Assembly: GCF_009834535.1 (NCBI RefSeq)
Contig: NC_045725.1
Coordinates: forward strand, 1,550,001 to 1,614,000
DNA length: 64,000 bases
Direction: 5' to 3'
Source of the DNA: Camelus ferus
Taxonomy: Eukaryota
The translations under genes and the position numbers were made by a program. Of this stretch, positions 13,201 through 26,100 are shown piece after piece (position 1 is the first letter of the stretch; each line of letters opens with the position of its first letter). The notes beneath the pieces are model-generated. The model ran no database searches, had not been told where the DNA came from, and worked only from the letters and a program-made list of their open reading frames with translations.

Positions 13201-13490
13201 CAGTGCGTTTGAAACCTTTTGCCCAAATTGTTCCGTGCCAGGGAAGCTCCCCCTGGCGCCTCCCCAAAGGGCTCCTGGCAGCCCGCAGCCCGCAGCCAGG
13301 ACGGGAGAGCAGGGCCTGGCGCAGGGCAGCTGCTCCGGAGTCAGGGCGCTCCTGGCACACGAGACCGTGGAAGGGGCGCCGGGGGAGACGGCACTGGAAA
13401 AGCTGAAGCAAACTGCTCGGGTTGAATGGGGGGGAAGCCCCGAGGCAAGTTTACCAGGATTTGCTCTCCTGGACCCAAGAAGGACTTCTC

Positions 13491-13552
13491 CTTTCCTTTC
13501 CTTTCCTTTCCTTTCCTTTCCTTTCCTTTCCTTTCTTTTCTTTTCTTTTTTT
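13491..13552. repeat. (CTTTC)n/(CTTTT)n pyrimidine microsatellite
   Basis: Directly visible. Confidence 0.95.
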
Positions 13553-15384
13553 AAGCTTTTTGCATTTATCATTATCTCTCGGCCAACACTGAGGTGCCTG
13601 GAATGCATGAAAGTATTTTTCCAGCTGAAAATCTGAAATAGAAGCACCAGTAAAAACAGATCCCAGATTTACGACCATGTTTTTTCACCTCTCCCTTTCT
13701 CTCTGTAGTTTCCTTTTTTCCAGTTAACTTGGGACACAGAAAAAGAGCTACTTCAGAGTGGGGGCGGGGGCGCGGGGGGTGCACCCCGTCCCTCCTGCCC
13801 TGCCCCGCGCAGCCTCGCCTGGGGCGGCCGGGCCTGGGAGGGGAGGGTCCGGCCCCTGGAGCCCCAGCCTGGCCTTGTGAACAGCTGTCCTGGCAGCTGA
13901 GTGAAGGTAACTTTGAGAGTGAACTTGAGAACTGCAGGATGTGGGAAGGTGGTTAAAACTGTCCTTCACTCTGTTTTTCACCTTCCAAAGGCCTGCCTGG
14001 CCCGCGGGCTCTAATCTGACCCTTTGGATTCTCCAGAAGGTGTTTCCTTCTCGTCCTCTGGGCCCGTCACCGGCGGCCCTGCCATCCACAGGGCGGCACT
14101 GTGCCCACAGCCACCACAGCCCACGTCGCCCTCCCTGCTGGGCACAAGCCTGTGCAGGGCCAGCCTTGCTGTGGCACCTGGAACGGGGCCTGGGAGTAGG
14201 AGGCCCCGTGAGTCACGGTTTCCATATCTCGCACCCAGGCCTGGGCCCCATGGCCACGTCTCGGCCCGAAGTCCTTCGGGGACCCACGTGGCATTCAGCC
14301 ATCCCTCCTTCGTCAGTGGGGGCCGTTTGCTTTTGGGGTCGAAGGCAGAAAGGAGGGGTGAAGAATTCACCAAAGTGGCATTTGCTCCATTTAAAAATAC
14401 TTCTTTACCTTAACAGACGTCAAGGACTTCATTTCATAATATTTTTGCACGAGCAGCCTGTAGGGGAGAGCCCTCCCCTGTGGAACTCAGAGCAGAACTG
14501 CGTTGCCAGAGGCACCACTCCTCCAAGTTAAACACAATATCACATTTGCTTTAATATTATTTTAAGAGAAAGCAATTAGGTCTGCAATTTAGTTTAATCA
14601 TTTGCCAGATCCTATTTTGGAAACCTAACCACTGAGGAGGTAAAACCTGCAGCCTCCTTTCCGTCCGTGAGTGTCGCAGGAGCTCGGCACTGGTGGGGTG
14701 GAGTCACCCCCTGCCCAGCAGAGCAGGTCTGGGCCGCGGGAGAACCACCAGGGCCCCGCAACCCCTTCCTCGAGCTGCGGGCAGTGCCCGCAGCCTGACC
14801 TGAGGGCACCCGTTCCCTGGCACCAGCCCTGTCTTTGGGGAGCTCCAGCCTCGAGACCAGCCTCAAGCGGAGCCCCTGCTCTGGGCGTGGGGAGGCCTGC
14901 CCGTCCTCCCGGGGCTCCCTTCTCGCCCTCAGGCTCCCTTGTTTTAGACTTATCATCGCATTGTCTTCTTTACTTTTTATTAAAGTGATACATTCTTTTA
15001 AACTTAGACGTATTTTCACACTCACAGCAACAGCAACCACCACAAAACCACGTTCTCAGTCACTCCCGGCCACACCCCGCTTCTCACTCTGTACAGGCCC
15101 CCGTTTTAATTCTTTCAACTCCATTTTAACCTCCAGTCTTTAAAAACTGTGTTTCACTGCTGTTTCACGATCTTTAAGCTTTAGGGATTATCTGCCGGCT
15201 TCCTACTGTGAAAGGTGAGGACCCAGGGTTTTACCCTCACCTCCACGGCCTCGCACACGCCGCCCGCCTCGCAGTCCGTGACTCGTCACGGGGGTCCCTC
15301 TGTTAGGCAGTTCCGATAGAAACGCGCACTGGGCGGGGGGAGGTAGGAGAAAGGAACAACCCAGAGCACAGGGGGCCTGAGCTG

Positions 15385-15422
15385 TCAATCAATCAGTCAG
15401 TCAGTCAGCCAGCCAGTCAGTC
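15385..15422. repeat. (TCAG/TCAA/CCAG)n tetranucleotide repeat
   Basis: Directly visible. Confidence 0.85.
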
Positions 15423-17129
15423 ACAAAACCAGGACATAAACACAGGGGAGCAGAGGAGCGGCGCCACGTTTCCTCCCTCGGGCTGGCCCACTCAGTCCTC
15501 GGGCGTGGACTGTCTTCCACTATTTTTTTACTTCAGGAATGAAAGTCTTGTCTATATCATGCTTTTTGTCTCTCGTCAAAAATTCTTTTTTTGGGGTGAC
15601 TAAGAACCGAGGTAGTTCTTGTTTTCCTTTTCCGGGTGACAACTCTGTTACATCCGCCCAGATGCTGCGGAGAAACCCCCGGCCACGGCACAGCCGTCAC
15701 CGCCAGCCTCTGTGCGCCTCCTCCGCTTGTGGACAGAAAAGAAGCCCTCTGACTTTAAAAAAAAGGAACCCTGACAGAAAAATCCAGACCCCGTCCTCCT
15801 GCACCCATTCCTCTGAACGATGTGACCACGACAGCCTCAGACATGTGACAGGTTTGAGCGAACCGTGGCTTCCAAAAGCAATTATAGGAGGCTGACGGGG
15901 AGGGGCGCCTTCCAACGGCAGCGTCTCCGAGAGCCGTGTCCGCGGGGAGTGTGAGCAGCTCGCCACCCCACCCGGTCACTGCAGAGGGCGGGGGTGCCTG
16001 TCCGCAGCGGGTCTCGTCCAGTCCTGTTCACCACGTCTCGACGGCCCCTCGGAGCCCCCAGGTGCTCTGCTGAAAAGATAGCAGTGGCCCAAACGGCAGC
16101 TCAGAAGCCACGAAGACGAGGAGCCAGAAGTCACGTCACCAAGGTGCCCACCTCTCACCTCTGCTCATCTACACCTTCAGATGCAAAGACAGGCGTTGGA
16201 GGGCCTCTTCCTCAAGCGTGTGTGTGTTTGTACAGAACACTCTGACACACTCACCCTCAACAGGATTTGGGGATAATTACCTTGCTCCCCAGAGCTCAGA
16301 ACACGGGCTGCAGGGAACCGCTCCTGAAACCTGGGGCAGAAACACATTCAGGTTTCTCATCCAACTTCCTGATGGTGTTTGGTCAAAACACGCCTGAAGA
16401 CATGACGTCCTCCCTCAACGAGACCTCAGCAAGGCTGGCGTGGCTTAGTGACCTGGGTGCAGGCGTGCCCCCCCGGGTCTCGAGCAGAACGGTGGGAATT
16501 GGGGAACCCCAGCTGGAAGCCTTGGCCCCGCAGGGCTCCCGAATCCTGCCCCTCGGTCTGTGTTCCCCTGTCTGGGCTGAGTGGCTTTGATTTTGGATCT
16601 TGGAGATGTATCGGTTTGTAAATCATTAAGGGTTCATCTGCTTTTTCGGAAAGAAACATAGTTAGATTTTCCAGATTTAAGACACTTTTTGGGTCCATGC
16701 TGAAGAAAAAATTATTGGCATAACAAGCAGTTCTATATTCAAATCTTGCCTTCAACGCTTAGCTTTGTGTACAGTTTCTAATGTTTACTGGGAGCCTAAA
16801 CTGATGGCAGGCGCAGCACAGTGGTGGCTGGTGCACATTTTTGAGCAGTTTGTGCACCGTAGGTGAAGCCTGCGCAGAACAGAGCTCCCGGACTGGCTGC
16901 TTCCTGGGACCTGGTGTGGGTGTGGGAGTGAAGCGGGGCCAGGCAGGGAGCATGTGGAACAGGCGGGGCTGGCGCTGCCCACGGCAAACACGTCTGACGC
17001 CTGGAGAGAACGAGCAGTCCGAAAACCGAGCAGCCGGGCTTCCCGGGCTCGGCAGCCCCAGCCAGGACTCCGTGCGCTCCGTTGGTCTTTACTGATTCCA
17101 GCCTCTCAGCCATGTCTGAAGTGGGGGCT

Positions 17130-17172
17130 GCTGTCAGCCCGTTTCCCAGATGAAAACCGAGGCCCAGGGAGG
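17130..17172 (-). mobile_element. MIR core fragment
   Basis: cccgtttcccagatgaaaaccgaggcccagggagg matches the MIR core cccattttacagatgaggaaactgaggctcagagagg. Similar short hits occur at ~2110-2140 and ~41980-42005. Confidence 0.55.
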
Positions 17173-17409
17173 TCCAGCCGCTGGAGCAGCTTCATGCGGG
17201 AGCAGAGCGCACCACAGACCTCGATTCAACCCAAGGTGGCCCAATTCCAGGGTCCGAGAGTCTTTGAACTTGGTGCAACTAACGTACAGCGAAGCACACG
17301 GCTTAGAGAAAGTTCACACAGGTGTCTGCCCGCAGACCTCCACCGAGACGGAGACGCGGATGGTCCCTAGCAGCTCAGAGGCGGTCCCTGTTCTGACCCC
17401 GGTCACCAA

Positions 17410-18160
17410 CCACTACTTCCGCCCGCCTCTGACCCTCTGTCACTGGGGTCACACTCTTCCTACAGATCTGACCTCTGGTTGCTTTGTTCAGCGTCATGGA
17501 GCATTCCTGTGTGTGGACACAGCACACTGGTCATCTGGGTTGCGTCTGGGTCTGGCCCTTATACACAACACCCCCATGCGTGTCCCCAGCAGACAGCCAC
17601 CCGTTTCTGTGCGGGGGGGTGCGCCCAGCAGGGTAGCCGTCGGGAGCAGCTCTGTGTGCTCAGTGGGGACGCTGCTGTCAGTTCTGCTCCATCAGGACCA
17701 TGGGGGCCCCTCCTGCTCCACACCCAACTCACGGTCTGTCTGCCCTTAGACCTGCAGTCAGTCTGGAGCTGGGGCTGTGGCGTCCGGGCGCTTTCTTGAT
17801 CAAAGTGGCGGTGACCCCTTTCCACCACCGGCCACACACCTGGGCGTCCAGGCACGAAGGGCCTACTCCAGTCTCTGCCCACTTGAAAGTGGGATTGTCA
17901 GCATTTCCTGCTGACGTGTGCAGCTATCCATCCTTAGTGTTGGTGGCCTCCTGCCGGCAGTGTCCCACTGTGTCCCTGCGGGGCCCCTCCGCTCTCTGTT
18001 GGTGCCTCCTGATGAACAGAAGTTCTTAATTTTAATGAAGTCGAGACAAATCACTCTTTCCTTAGTCGTCAGGGACGTCTGTGTCCTAGACAGGAAGTCT
18101 CTGCTCACCACAGGGTCTCTTCTCACAGCCAGTTCTGCACGGTCCACGTCGAGGTCTGGA
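17410..18160 (-). mobile_element. Old, GC-eroded L1 3' region
   Basis: tgatgaacagaagttcttaattttaatgaagtc...ctctttccttagtcgtcagggacgtctgtgtcct and gcccacttgaaagtgggattgtc match reverse L1 ORF2 3' motifs. Confidence 0.7.
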
Positions 18161-19811
18161 CCCAGCAGGGGTGGCACTGTGCCCCTGAGCCCCTCCCTTT
18201 GGAGACGATGAAGACAGAGGGAAATGGGACTGGGCCAAGGCCTCTGTCCCCTCTTCCTGCCTGCCTCCTGCGTCTGAGGCCAGGCTGGAGCTCAGCGAGC
18301 CCCTCCTCTGTTCTGGTTTGGGGGCTGCCTGCTCCCCCAGGCGACTCAGCGCAGGAAGCAGCACATTCACCATGTACGTGGGGGACCCCGACGCCCCAAC
18401 AGCAGACCCTGGACTCCCGGTGGAAGGCAGGCCCCGCACAGGCCCCTCCTCCACACCCAGCTCAGCAGCTGGGCTGCTGGTTTAGGTGAGGAAGTCCCTG
18501 AGGAAAAGCGTGTGGGGCCCCACACGCCTGCCTGTGCAGCCGGAACCCCTATGCTGGGCACGGTCGCTCTGAGCTGCCTTCCTAACTAGTCTGCCCCCAG
18601 CCCCCAGAAGCTCGACTATGTTCACACTGGCCTTGGGAGGCTGTGGCTGTCCCCTCCCCAGCCAAGGTGACCAGTCCGTTAGCACTGCCCACGCAGGCCA
18701 ACGGGGTCTGTGTGACATGGGCCACCCCTGCCCACTCAGGGACGGAGGAGGAAGAGGAATTTTCAGCTCATTTGGTGGAATCACATCTTTGGTCTTATCT
18801 GAAAATAGAGCCTCAATTTCACAGATAATTAGGAACTTCCTGCGGAATACCATTACACACCTCAGCGCCCCGAACTCCGGGCACTGTGTTTGGTCACCTC
18901 TCGGGCAGCTTCCCCCATGGCCAGAACACCTCCTGCCTTGCAGTGAGTACTGGGAGGCACCACGGAGGGTGCTGTTTGGTGCTGGGAACTGGACCTGCCT
19001 TCCCAGGCCCTGTCTCTCCTCACCCCGCTCCCCAGTGAGTCTCAAGCCCAGGTCTCATTTCTGATCACTTGGGGCCAACTCCACATCTGAGCTTCAGCCC
19101 ACACGAAGGCTCGGATGCCACGCTCTCCAGCGTCAGCCCACTTTGGGTTTGCCCGTGTGCCCCGGGAGCTGTGGCGCATTCTGAGCTGGTCAGGAGACAG
19201 ACAGCAGGAGGTGGGAGTCCAGACGCTGATGGTCTGCAGAGGGACCACAGTGACCAGGCGGACAGGACGGTGTGGGGAGGTGCTGACTAACTGTGTTTGG
19301 AGACTGAGTCAGGGGTGTCCCGACATGGTGACCGGGCAGCTGAGAGGACGGAGAGCCTTTCAACTAACAGAAGGCAGGTGGGGAAGAAGACGGGACAGAC
19401 GCAGTCACAGTGGGGCCACCGTCCCCAGGTGCCTCTCCAGGTCTGCCGTAGCCCCTAGCCTGGTCCTGCCGCAAACCCGAGGAAACACCCGGCCTCTCTC
19501 AACCTGGGCGGTGCCTCTACCCAAGTTCTCGCTGTGCTCGGTGCCCGGAGCAGAAGGGAACCGCGTACCCATGACAACGGCCAGCACTCCGGCCGACTCG
19601 GTGGGTCCAGACAAGGGCACCCGGCCCCACTCCACCTAGTCAGAGCAGGACGTCCCCGGGGACCAGGGCCACCTTGGACTCAGGCGGGAGGACTTCCTCC
19701 TGGGAGAACAGCCTGTCCCAATCCAGCCCCAACCCTAACCTGACCCCTCGTAGACTCTACAGTCCCCTCCCCAAATAGTCCTCCTGCCAGAGCCAGTGCA
19801 GTGTCGGACCC

Positions 19812-19836
19812 GGACAGGACAGGACAGGACAGGACA
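19812..19836. repeat. (GGACA)5 pentanucleotide repeat
   Basis: Directly visible. Confidence 0.9.
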
Positions 19837-20124
19837 GGTGGCCTGTGGCAGAGCCAGGGGAGGACGAGAGGAAAACGACCGAGAGCGGGGCCCGGCCCGG
19901 CCCAGCCGCCGTGTCGAACCAGGAAAACCGCGGATTGCAGGTGGCTTTGAAGGCGTTTGTCAAGTGAAGGGAAAGACATGTTTCATGTAGTCCGTGACCC
20001 TGACTTAACACTCGCAATACTTAGGCACAGGGCACAGGGTCCCCCCAGCCCACCCGGCCATGCTGACCTGACCGCCCGCCACAGGCCCAGGGCCAGCAGT
20101 GCAGGAGCACCAGGCTCCACGTCT

Positions 20125-20160
20125 GTGCCCAGCACACAGTAGGTGCTCAGTAAACGCCTG
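20125..20160 (+). mobile_element. MIR/L2 3'-tail fragment
   Basis: gtgcccagcacacagtaggtgctcagtaaac is the shared MIR/L2 3' motif. Confidence 0.55.
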
Positions 20161-23100
20161 GCTCCTCAGAGAGGAGAGAGGGAAAGAACGCCACACACGG
20201 GCTGGGAGAGGAGCGCCGGGGGACATCCGTCAGGTGGCAGAGACCCACTTGGAGGACGTCACAGATGAGAATTGTTCTAGAGGAGGTCAGAGGACCCGGG
20301 AGAAACAGTGACATAGAATGTGGCTGTCCACTGTCAAACGGGGGATCTGTTGGCAGCGTGACCACTGACCAGGGCTTCCAGTGTCCCTGCACGGCCCCAC
20401 CCCTGTTCCCGCCTCCAGAACGTCACACCTGCCGCCTGGGCGCACGACCCTAGCCGCCCACCTTCAGGGTCTGTGTCCTGTGCTCTGGGGGAAGAATCAG
20501 GCCAAGACGCCCAGGAAGCAGAGGTGTTTCTCTCTCTCTCTTTTTTTTTTCGCTTTTATCTACTTACTGAGGACAATAGATATAATTTTATGAAGATTTT
20601 AAAACAGGATTTAAAAGGAAAAAGGCTTTCCAGTCAGTCGCGAGTTAACCAGAAGATGCAACTAGACTGAGCACCCCTTTGGGCCAGGGCTGCGCCCCAT
20701 TTCTTGTCACACTTTCAGATTCTCCAGGTGATTTCAGTCCGCTTCTCGGGGAACTCTAAGGTGTTTAGTTTTTTTCCATGTGAAATAAAGTCTCTAACTT
20801 ACAAAAAGGTCCCCAGTTCTGAGCTGCAGGAAATTGTTTGGAAGAAACAGAAACAGCAACAGCACAAACTGACCCCTGAGGAGAGTCAGGCAGGAGAGAG
20901 AAGGGGGGCCCAGCCCATGAGACTCGCAAGGGGACCATCCAGCCCACGACTGGGCAAGGGGAGAGCCGTGGCCCCAGTGCCGTCGGGGGAGAGAAAGTGG
21001 ATCTGGTTCGAGGAGTTGCACACCCCGGCGCTGGGGTCACAGCTGTCTCCTGAGGATCCTGCCTGCCACCCACCAGGCACAGCCTCCGGGGCGTCCTCCT
21101 GGCCTCTAGAACCAGCTGTGGTCGGTGGTCAGCCTGCTGCCCACGGGGCCTCCTTGCCCCCCTCCCTGGGCCCTGTGGGGTGCAGGCCACTCTCCCTGGG
21201 TGGGTTGCTGTCTCTGGGTGATGGGGTTTCACCCTGGAGACCCCAGGCCAGGCCGCGCTGATCAGCACACCTGGTTCTGCCTGCAGACCCCACCTCTGCG
21301 ACTTCTCGAATCCAACCCCGAACCAGGAGGGGAGGCTCTTCCAGGAGACAGCAACCCCCTGGCTACGCCCCGGTGACCAGGCCGGGAGCTTCCCCAGCCC
21401 AGGACTCGGCCGCTGCCTGACCCTCTCCCTCCAGCCAGAGGCCTTTCAAGCCCAGGACTAGGTGAAGCAATGCAGCCTTTTCTGCAGCAAAAGAGGAGGA
21501 GGAGAGAGAAGGAAGGGAAAGCAGGAGGAGGAGGAAGAAGCCTGGAGTGGCAGGGCTCCAACAAGGAAGCCCCCGTGCACTCCCACCCCACGGCAACTTC
21601 AAAAGAACTGTCGGTTCAAGAGCGGGGACCCAACCAGAAGCTTCTCCGTTTACGTCAGCACCAAGTGCCCTGAAGTGTGCTTGTCACCTACCACTTAGGA
21701 GCTAAACAAGATGTGATGTGAACAGCGGTTCCAGCGCCCCGGGGTTTCGCAGAGACTCTCACTGGGGATTGAGTGACTACCATCGGTAGTAACGTTTTGG
21801 GGTGTGGGAGGGGGGGCCTTGGCTCTGCCCCACCCGACACCCAGCTCTTCCATGGGGACCCCCGGTCTTCCGGGGTAAACCCAGCACCTCCTGAAGGGCC
21901 GTGAGGATGGTTCCGTCCACCTGGCCGGCCAGGGACTCGTGGCTGAATGTGGCCGGGCACTGAGTTTGGACTCTCGGTGGCTCCTCACCGGCGTCTCCAA
22001 AGCCAAACCATACAGACACATGGAACTGACTGACAGCCGCTGGGGAAGAAGTGGCCCCGTTCCGTCTTCAGTTCCCTCTGCAACGGTGAGCAGCCGCCGA
22101 GCTCGGCAGAACCGTCTTCCGCCTCAACCGAGGAGGCAGCTGTGCTTACATTCTAATAAGATGATTACAGTCTGGAGACCCACCTAGTGAGTCAGCAAAG
22201 GAAACTGACGTTGGAGTTTCTGAGGGTCCTCGGAGGTGACGTAAGGTCCCTGGGATGGCGTGCTTTCAAGGAGGCTGGGACAGACAGCCCTGGCGGGGCT
22301 TGAGAGTCCCCATCAGCACGTTCAAGTCACCTGCTTAAAGTGGAGCCTCGCGCCAGGTGTCTTCACGGGACTGACGGGCAGTGGATCCTGGAGCGCCAAG
22401 TTTGGGGTGGCCTGGGCTCAGGAGCGAGGATGCTGGCACCAGCTTCCGTGCGCGAGCGGAGGTGGGGTCTGTAGCAAGCTTGGTCTTGAGATCCAGCGGC
22501 TCTTTGCAGCAGCAGAACCTGGGACGCCATCGGTCTGAGAGGCCTGGATATTTGGGGTGGGGACAGAACGGAGGCCCTGGGGGAACAGAAAGGGACAAGA
22601 GGTGGCTTGGGGACACAAGCCCTAACTCACGTCCTTGTGCAGGGCCTCGACCTGCCGCAGACTCCAGGGTGTCGTCCCTCACAAGACTGAGTGAGGGAAA
22701 GACACTATCACCAGTGAACACGGGAAACAGGCCAACGGGCTCCCCTCCGCGTAAACGCGCCTGGACCAGGCCCCCAGCCCTCTTTGTCCCAGTCAGTTCC
22801 TCGTGCAATTTTTCATTCATATTCGTTCCCTTGGTAGTTTATTTGTCTGTGCACTCGCTCAGCGATCAGTGACACTGGGTTAGGCATCGAGCCCCCAGCA
22901 CAGGAGACCAGGACCAAGGCAGTCGGCCCCCAGGTGCTCCTGAGTCTGGGTGGGAAGAGGGTCAGGCCGGGCCAGTGTCGGGAGAAGCCGGTTTCCCATG
23001 GCTGGGCAGGCGCGGGGCGCAGACTCGGTGAGTCAGCAGGTGGTGCCCGTGCACATGAGTCACGGAGCCAACGCCCCACGTGGCGCTGGTCTCAGCCGCT

Positions 23101-26100
23101 AAGGTGTCTCCCTGGGTGTGACCGCTGAAACTCTGCCTCGCCAAACAGCGGAGGTAGATTTGGTGCTTCATTTCCTAATTTTAAGGTCACAAGACAAAAG
23201 CCCGAATGGCCTTTGGCGAAATTACTGTGAATTTCCATGTTTCTCCCTCCTTCCCAGCGGAGGTGTTGCTGTTAATCCTATAAAAGCAACTCCTCCACCA
23301 AATGGGAGAGTCAGGTCCCGAGGGACCGGGGGGCTCGGGGCCCACCTGGGACCCCCGTGGCTCCTGCAGCACCGAGCCCCCCCCCCCCCGCCATGACGAG
23401 GTGACAGCAGCAGAGCCTCCTCGCCTGGACGCACACGTGTTCAGAGAGAGCGTCCAATGTGGGTGCCAACTCCAGCTCCTCGGAGGCAGGTGCCAAAGAA
23501 CACATTCCTCCCGCCTGAGTCATGAACCTGCCGCCCGCGGTGTGGGTGCTCGGGGAGCCGCGGTGGAGCAGCGCAGCCCACGGAGCGGGGTTCCCTCTGG
23601 GAGACACAGCCCTCCGCGTGGGCCGTGGATCAGCATGTGAAGTTGGTGGGGGGTCTTCCATGTTCTCCACTGCAGGGCAGGAGCCCAGCCTCCCCAGGCC
23701 TCTCCTCGAGGGCAAGGCCTCCCCGGGAGGGGTGTGGGCTGCTGGGCCCTGTGGGAGCTGCCTGTCTCCGGACCGCGGAGGGCAGATCTGTGTGGCTCTG
23801 GTGGACGCGGAGGCCCTGGTGTTTGGGGAGCGGGAAACCAGAGGGTTGAGAACAAAAGCAGCAGGGCCGCGTCCAGCCGCTCCACTGAGCCTCAGGAGAC
23901 TGGGGACGGCCGGCTGCCAGCCCCAGAGCCAGAGGGAAGGGCTGAGGGACCGGAAATTCAGAGACGCTCCCTGTGCCTTCCAGCCCAGAACCAGTGTGAG
24001 AACACGGAGCACACGTCCCCACTGGCTCGGCCTCTGAATCCTCCTGCTGAAGCCGGGGGTGGGGGTGGGGTGGGGGTGGGGCGGATGCACAGGCTGGGCC
24101 CCCAAGCTCAGGGCAGCCCCCAGGCTCCAGGCGACCCCCAGGCCCCACGCGGCCCCCAGGCCTCGGCAACAGGGCTGACTTCCATCCATACTTTCTTGAG
24201 ACGTCCTGCCCACTGCTGACTCTCCTTAGGTTAACTGAGGGTTTGGGGGTGGTCATGCAGAAGAACACACTTGTGTTCGATTATCTGCTATGTAACCAGG
24301 CCTGGTATTGATCGTCCCGTGGTGAGTTCAGTCTTGTTACCAAGATGGTCACCAAGAACAGAGTAAAGTTCTGTCCAGGACAGAGGAGGGGAGGGAAGGC
24401 CGGCAGGAGGGGAAGGGGCAGCCCGGGTCTGGGTGTCCACCTGCGTGGATGGAGTCCTGGGGACCTTGGATGCCATCCCCCAGGGAGCCTCTGGGTCAGG
24501 TGCTGAGGTCCCCCCGGGCCTGAGGCTCTGCCACTGTGACTGGCCAAGTTGAAGCTGGAGCAGGGAGGCCTCACGCAGCACGAGTGGTGTCCTCGTAAGA
24601 AGGGGTGTTCGGACACAGACGCGACCCAGGGCAGGTCGGGGATCCCTGAGGGTCCGGGCATCCCTGAGCCAGTCTTCTCCCCGTGCCCCCTGCCCCCCAA
24701 CCGCCCCTGTTTGGCCACACCCACCTGGGCCGACCTGGGAGGGGCTTCGTGAAGGCCCCAGTGTGGGGACCTGTCACTGGGTGAGTGCAAATCGCGAACT
24801 CCTTCTGGGCCTGCCTTCCTCCGCAGCAGAGTGAAGCTTGTGGACGAGTTACTCTGATTCTCAGGAACCCCGCTGCCTGGCTTTGGCACGTCCCCACCCC
24901 TCCTCGGCCGCCGTGTCCCAGCCCAGAGGACACGATCCGCTGCGTCGCTGCTGGTGGCCCGGCGTGGACCGAAGACATGTACGTGTGCAGCTGGTGGCAG
25001 GCGATGAGGCGAAGGGAGGCCAAGAGTCCATTTCCGGGAGGGAAAGTCCTTGTCTCCTTCAGCTTCTGTGTCTACTGTCCCCACATCCAGGCTCACGGAG
25101 CCCTGGAAGCCTCTGCTGCAGGGCTCCCAGTTGAGACAGCGGGCTCCCAGGGCTTCAGTTCCCTAAGCCTGTATCTGAGGCAAAGCGGGGCTTGGCCTCG
25201 GGAGGCCTGCGACAGAATGCACCTCAGCCAAGGACCCGGCCACAAGCGACGGGAAGCTGCTTTGCAGAGCACAGCCTCAGTGTAGAACAACGTTGCTCAC
25301 CCACCGAGACAGGAGACAGGAGACTACACCCCGGGTCTGAGGAATAAAGCGTGCACCGACGGGTCTAGCTGGGCCTCGCCTGCGAGGAGCCCCGAGGGAG
25401 GACGTCACCGTCCTGTCAAAGCCCGGCCATCAGCCACAGGCAGGCACTCGCGTCACGTGTCTTGATCGTGGCCCCGGGCCCAGGGCCCCGTGTGTCAGGG
25501 GTCCCCCCACTGTCTGTCCTGAAGCACCCTGATGCCAGGTTCTCCCAAGTCTCCTGGTAAGTCAGGCTCCCACCCCTGCTGCCCCGGGCTCCCCGCCTCC
25601 ACCGGGTCCAGGTGCATCACCCCCCCACAAGCACACAGCTGCCCCAGGGAATCACATGAGGCCTCTGTCCAGTTGGTGTGACCCCACGGGCGGGAGGGGG
25701 GCTCGTGTTTGAGCGCTGTGACAGAAGGCCGGCATCTCGAAGGCCCCCAGACAGGGGTGAGGCTGGTGCAGCCTGGCAGGGCGCCAGGCCAGCGAGAGCA
25801 CGGGCCAGGGAAAGGGTGTGTCTTTTAAACATCGCAGGGGAAAAAAAACATTGCTTTGTACCAGCCTGTGGGAGCTGCGTTGTCCGTGATGCTGTGCGCT
25901 GGGAGGCGGGCTGGTGGGCCCGGAGCCTCGCTCGCTGTGGCTGTAACTCCCCACACGCACTAGCAGGGATCCACATGGTCAGTGTGTGGCCAGGAGCACG
26001 TGCGCCCACCTTCCCTTGGGCGGCCCACTCTCCTCTACTTCTCGGGGGCTCCCTGAGGGCAGGGCCATGTACGTTTTCCTTTGTAATAACGCCTAGTCCA

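Noticed and set aside
23030-23047. CTCF-like match TCAGCAGGTGGTGCC
   Set aside because: Two mismatches to the core and overlapping an AP-1/MARE site; not distinguishable from chance without a PWM scan or ChIP data.
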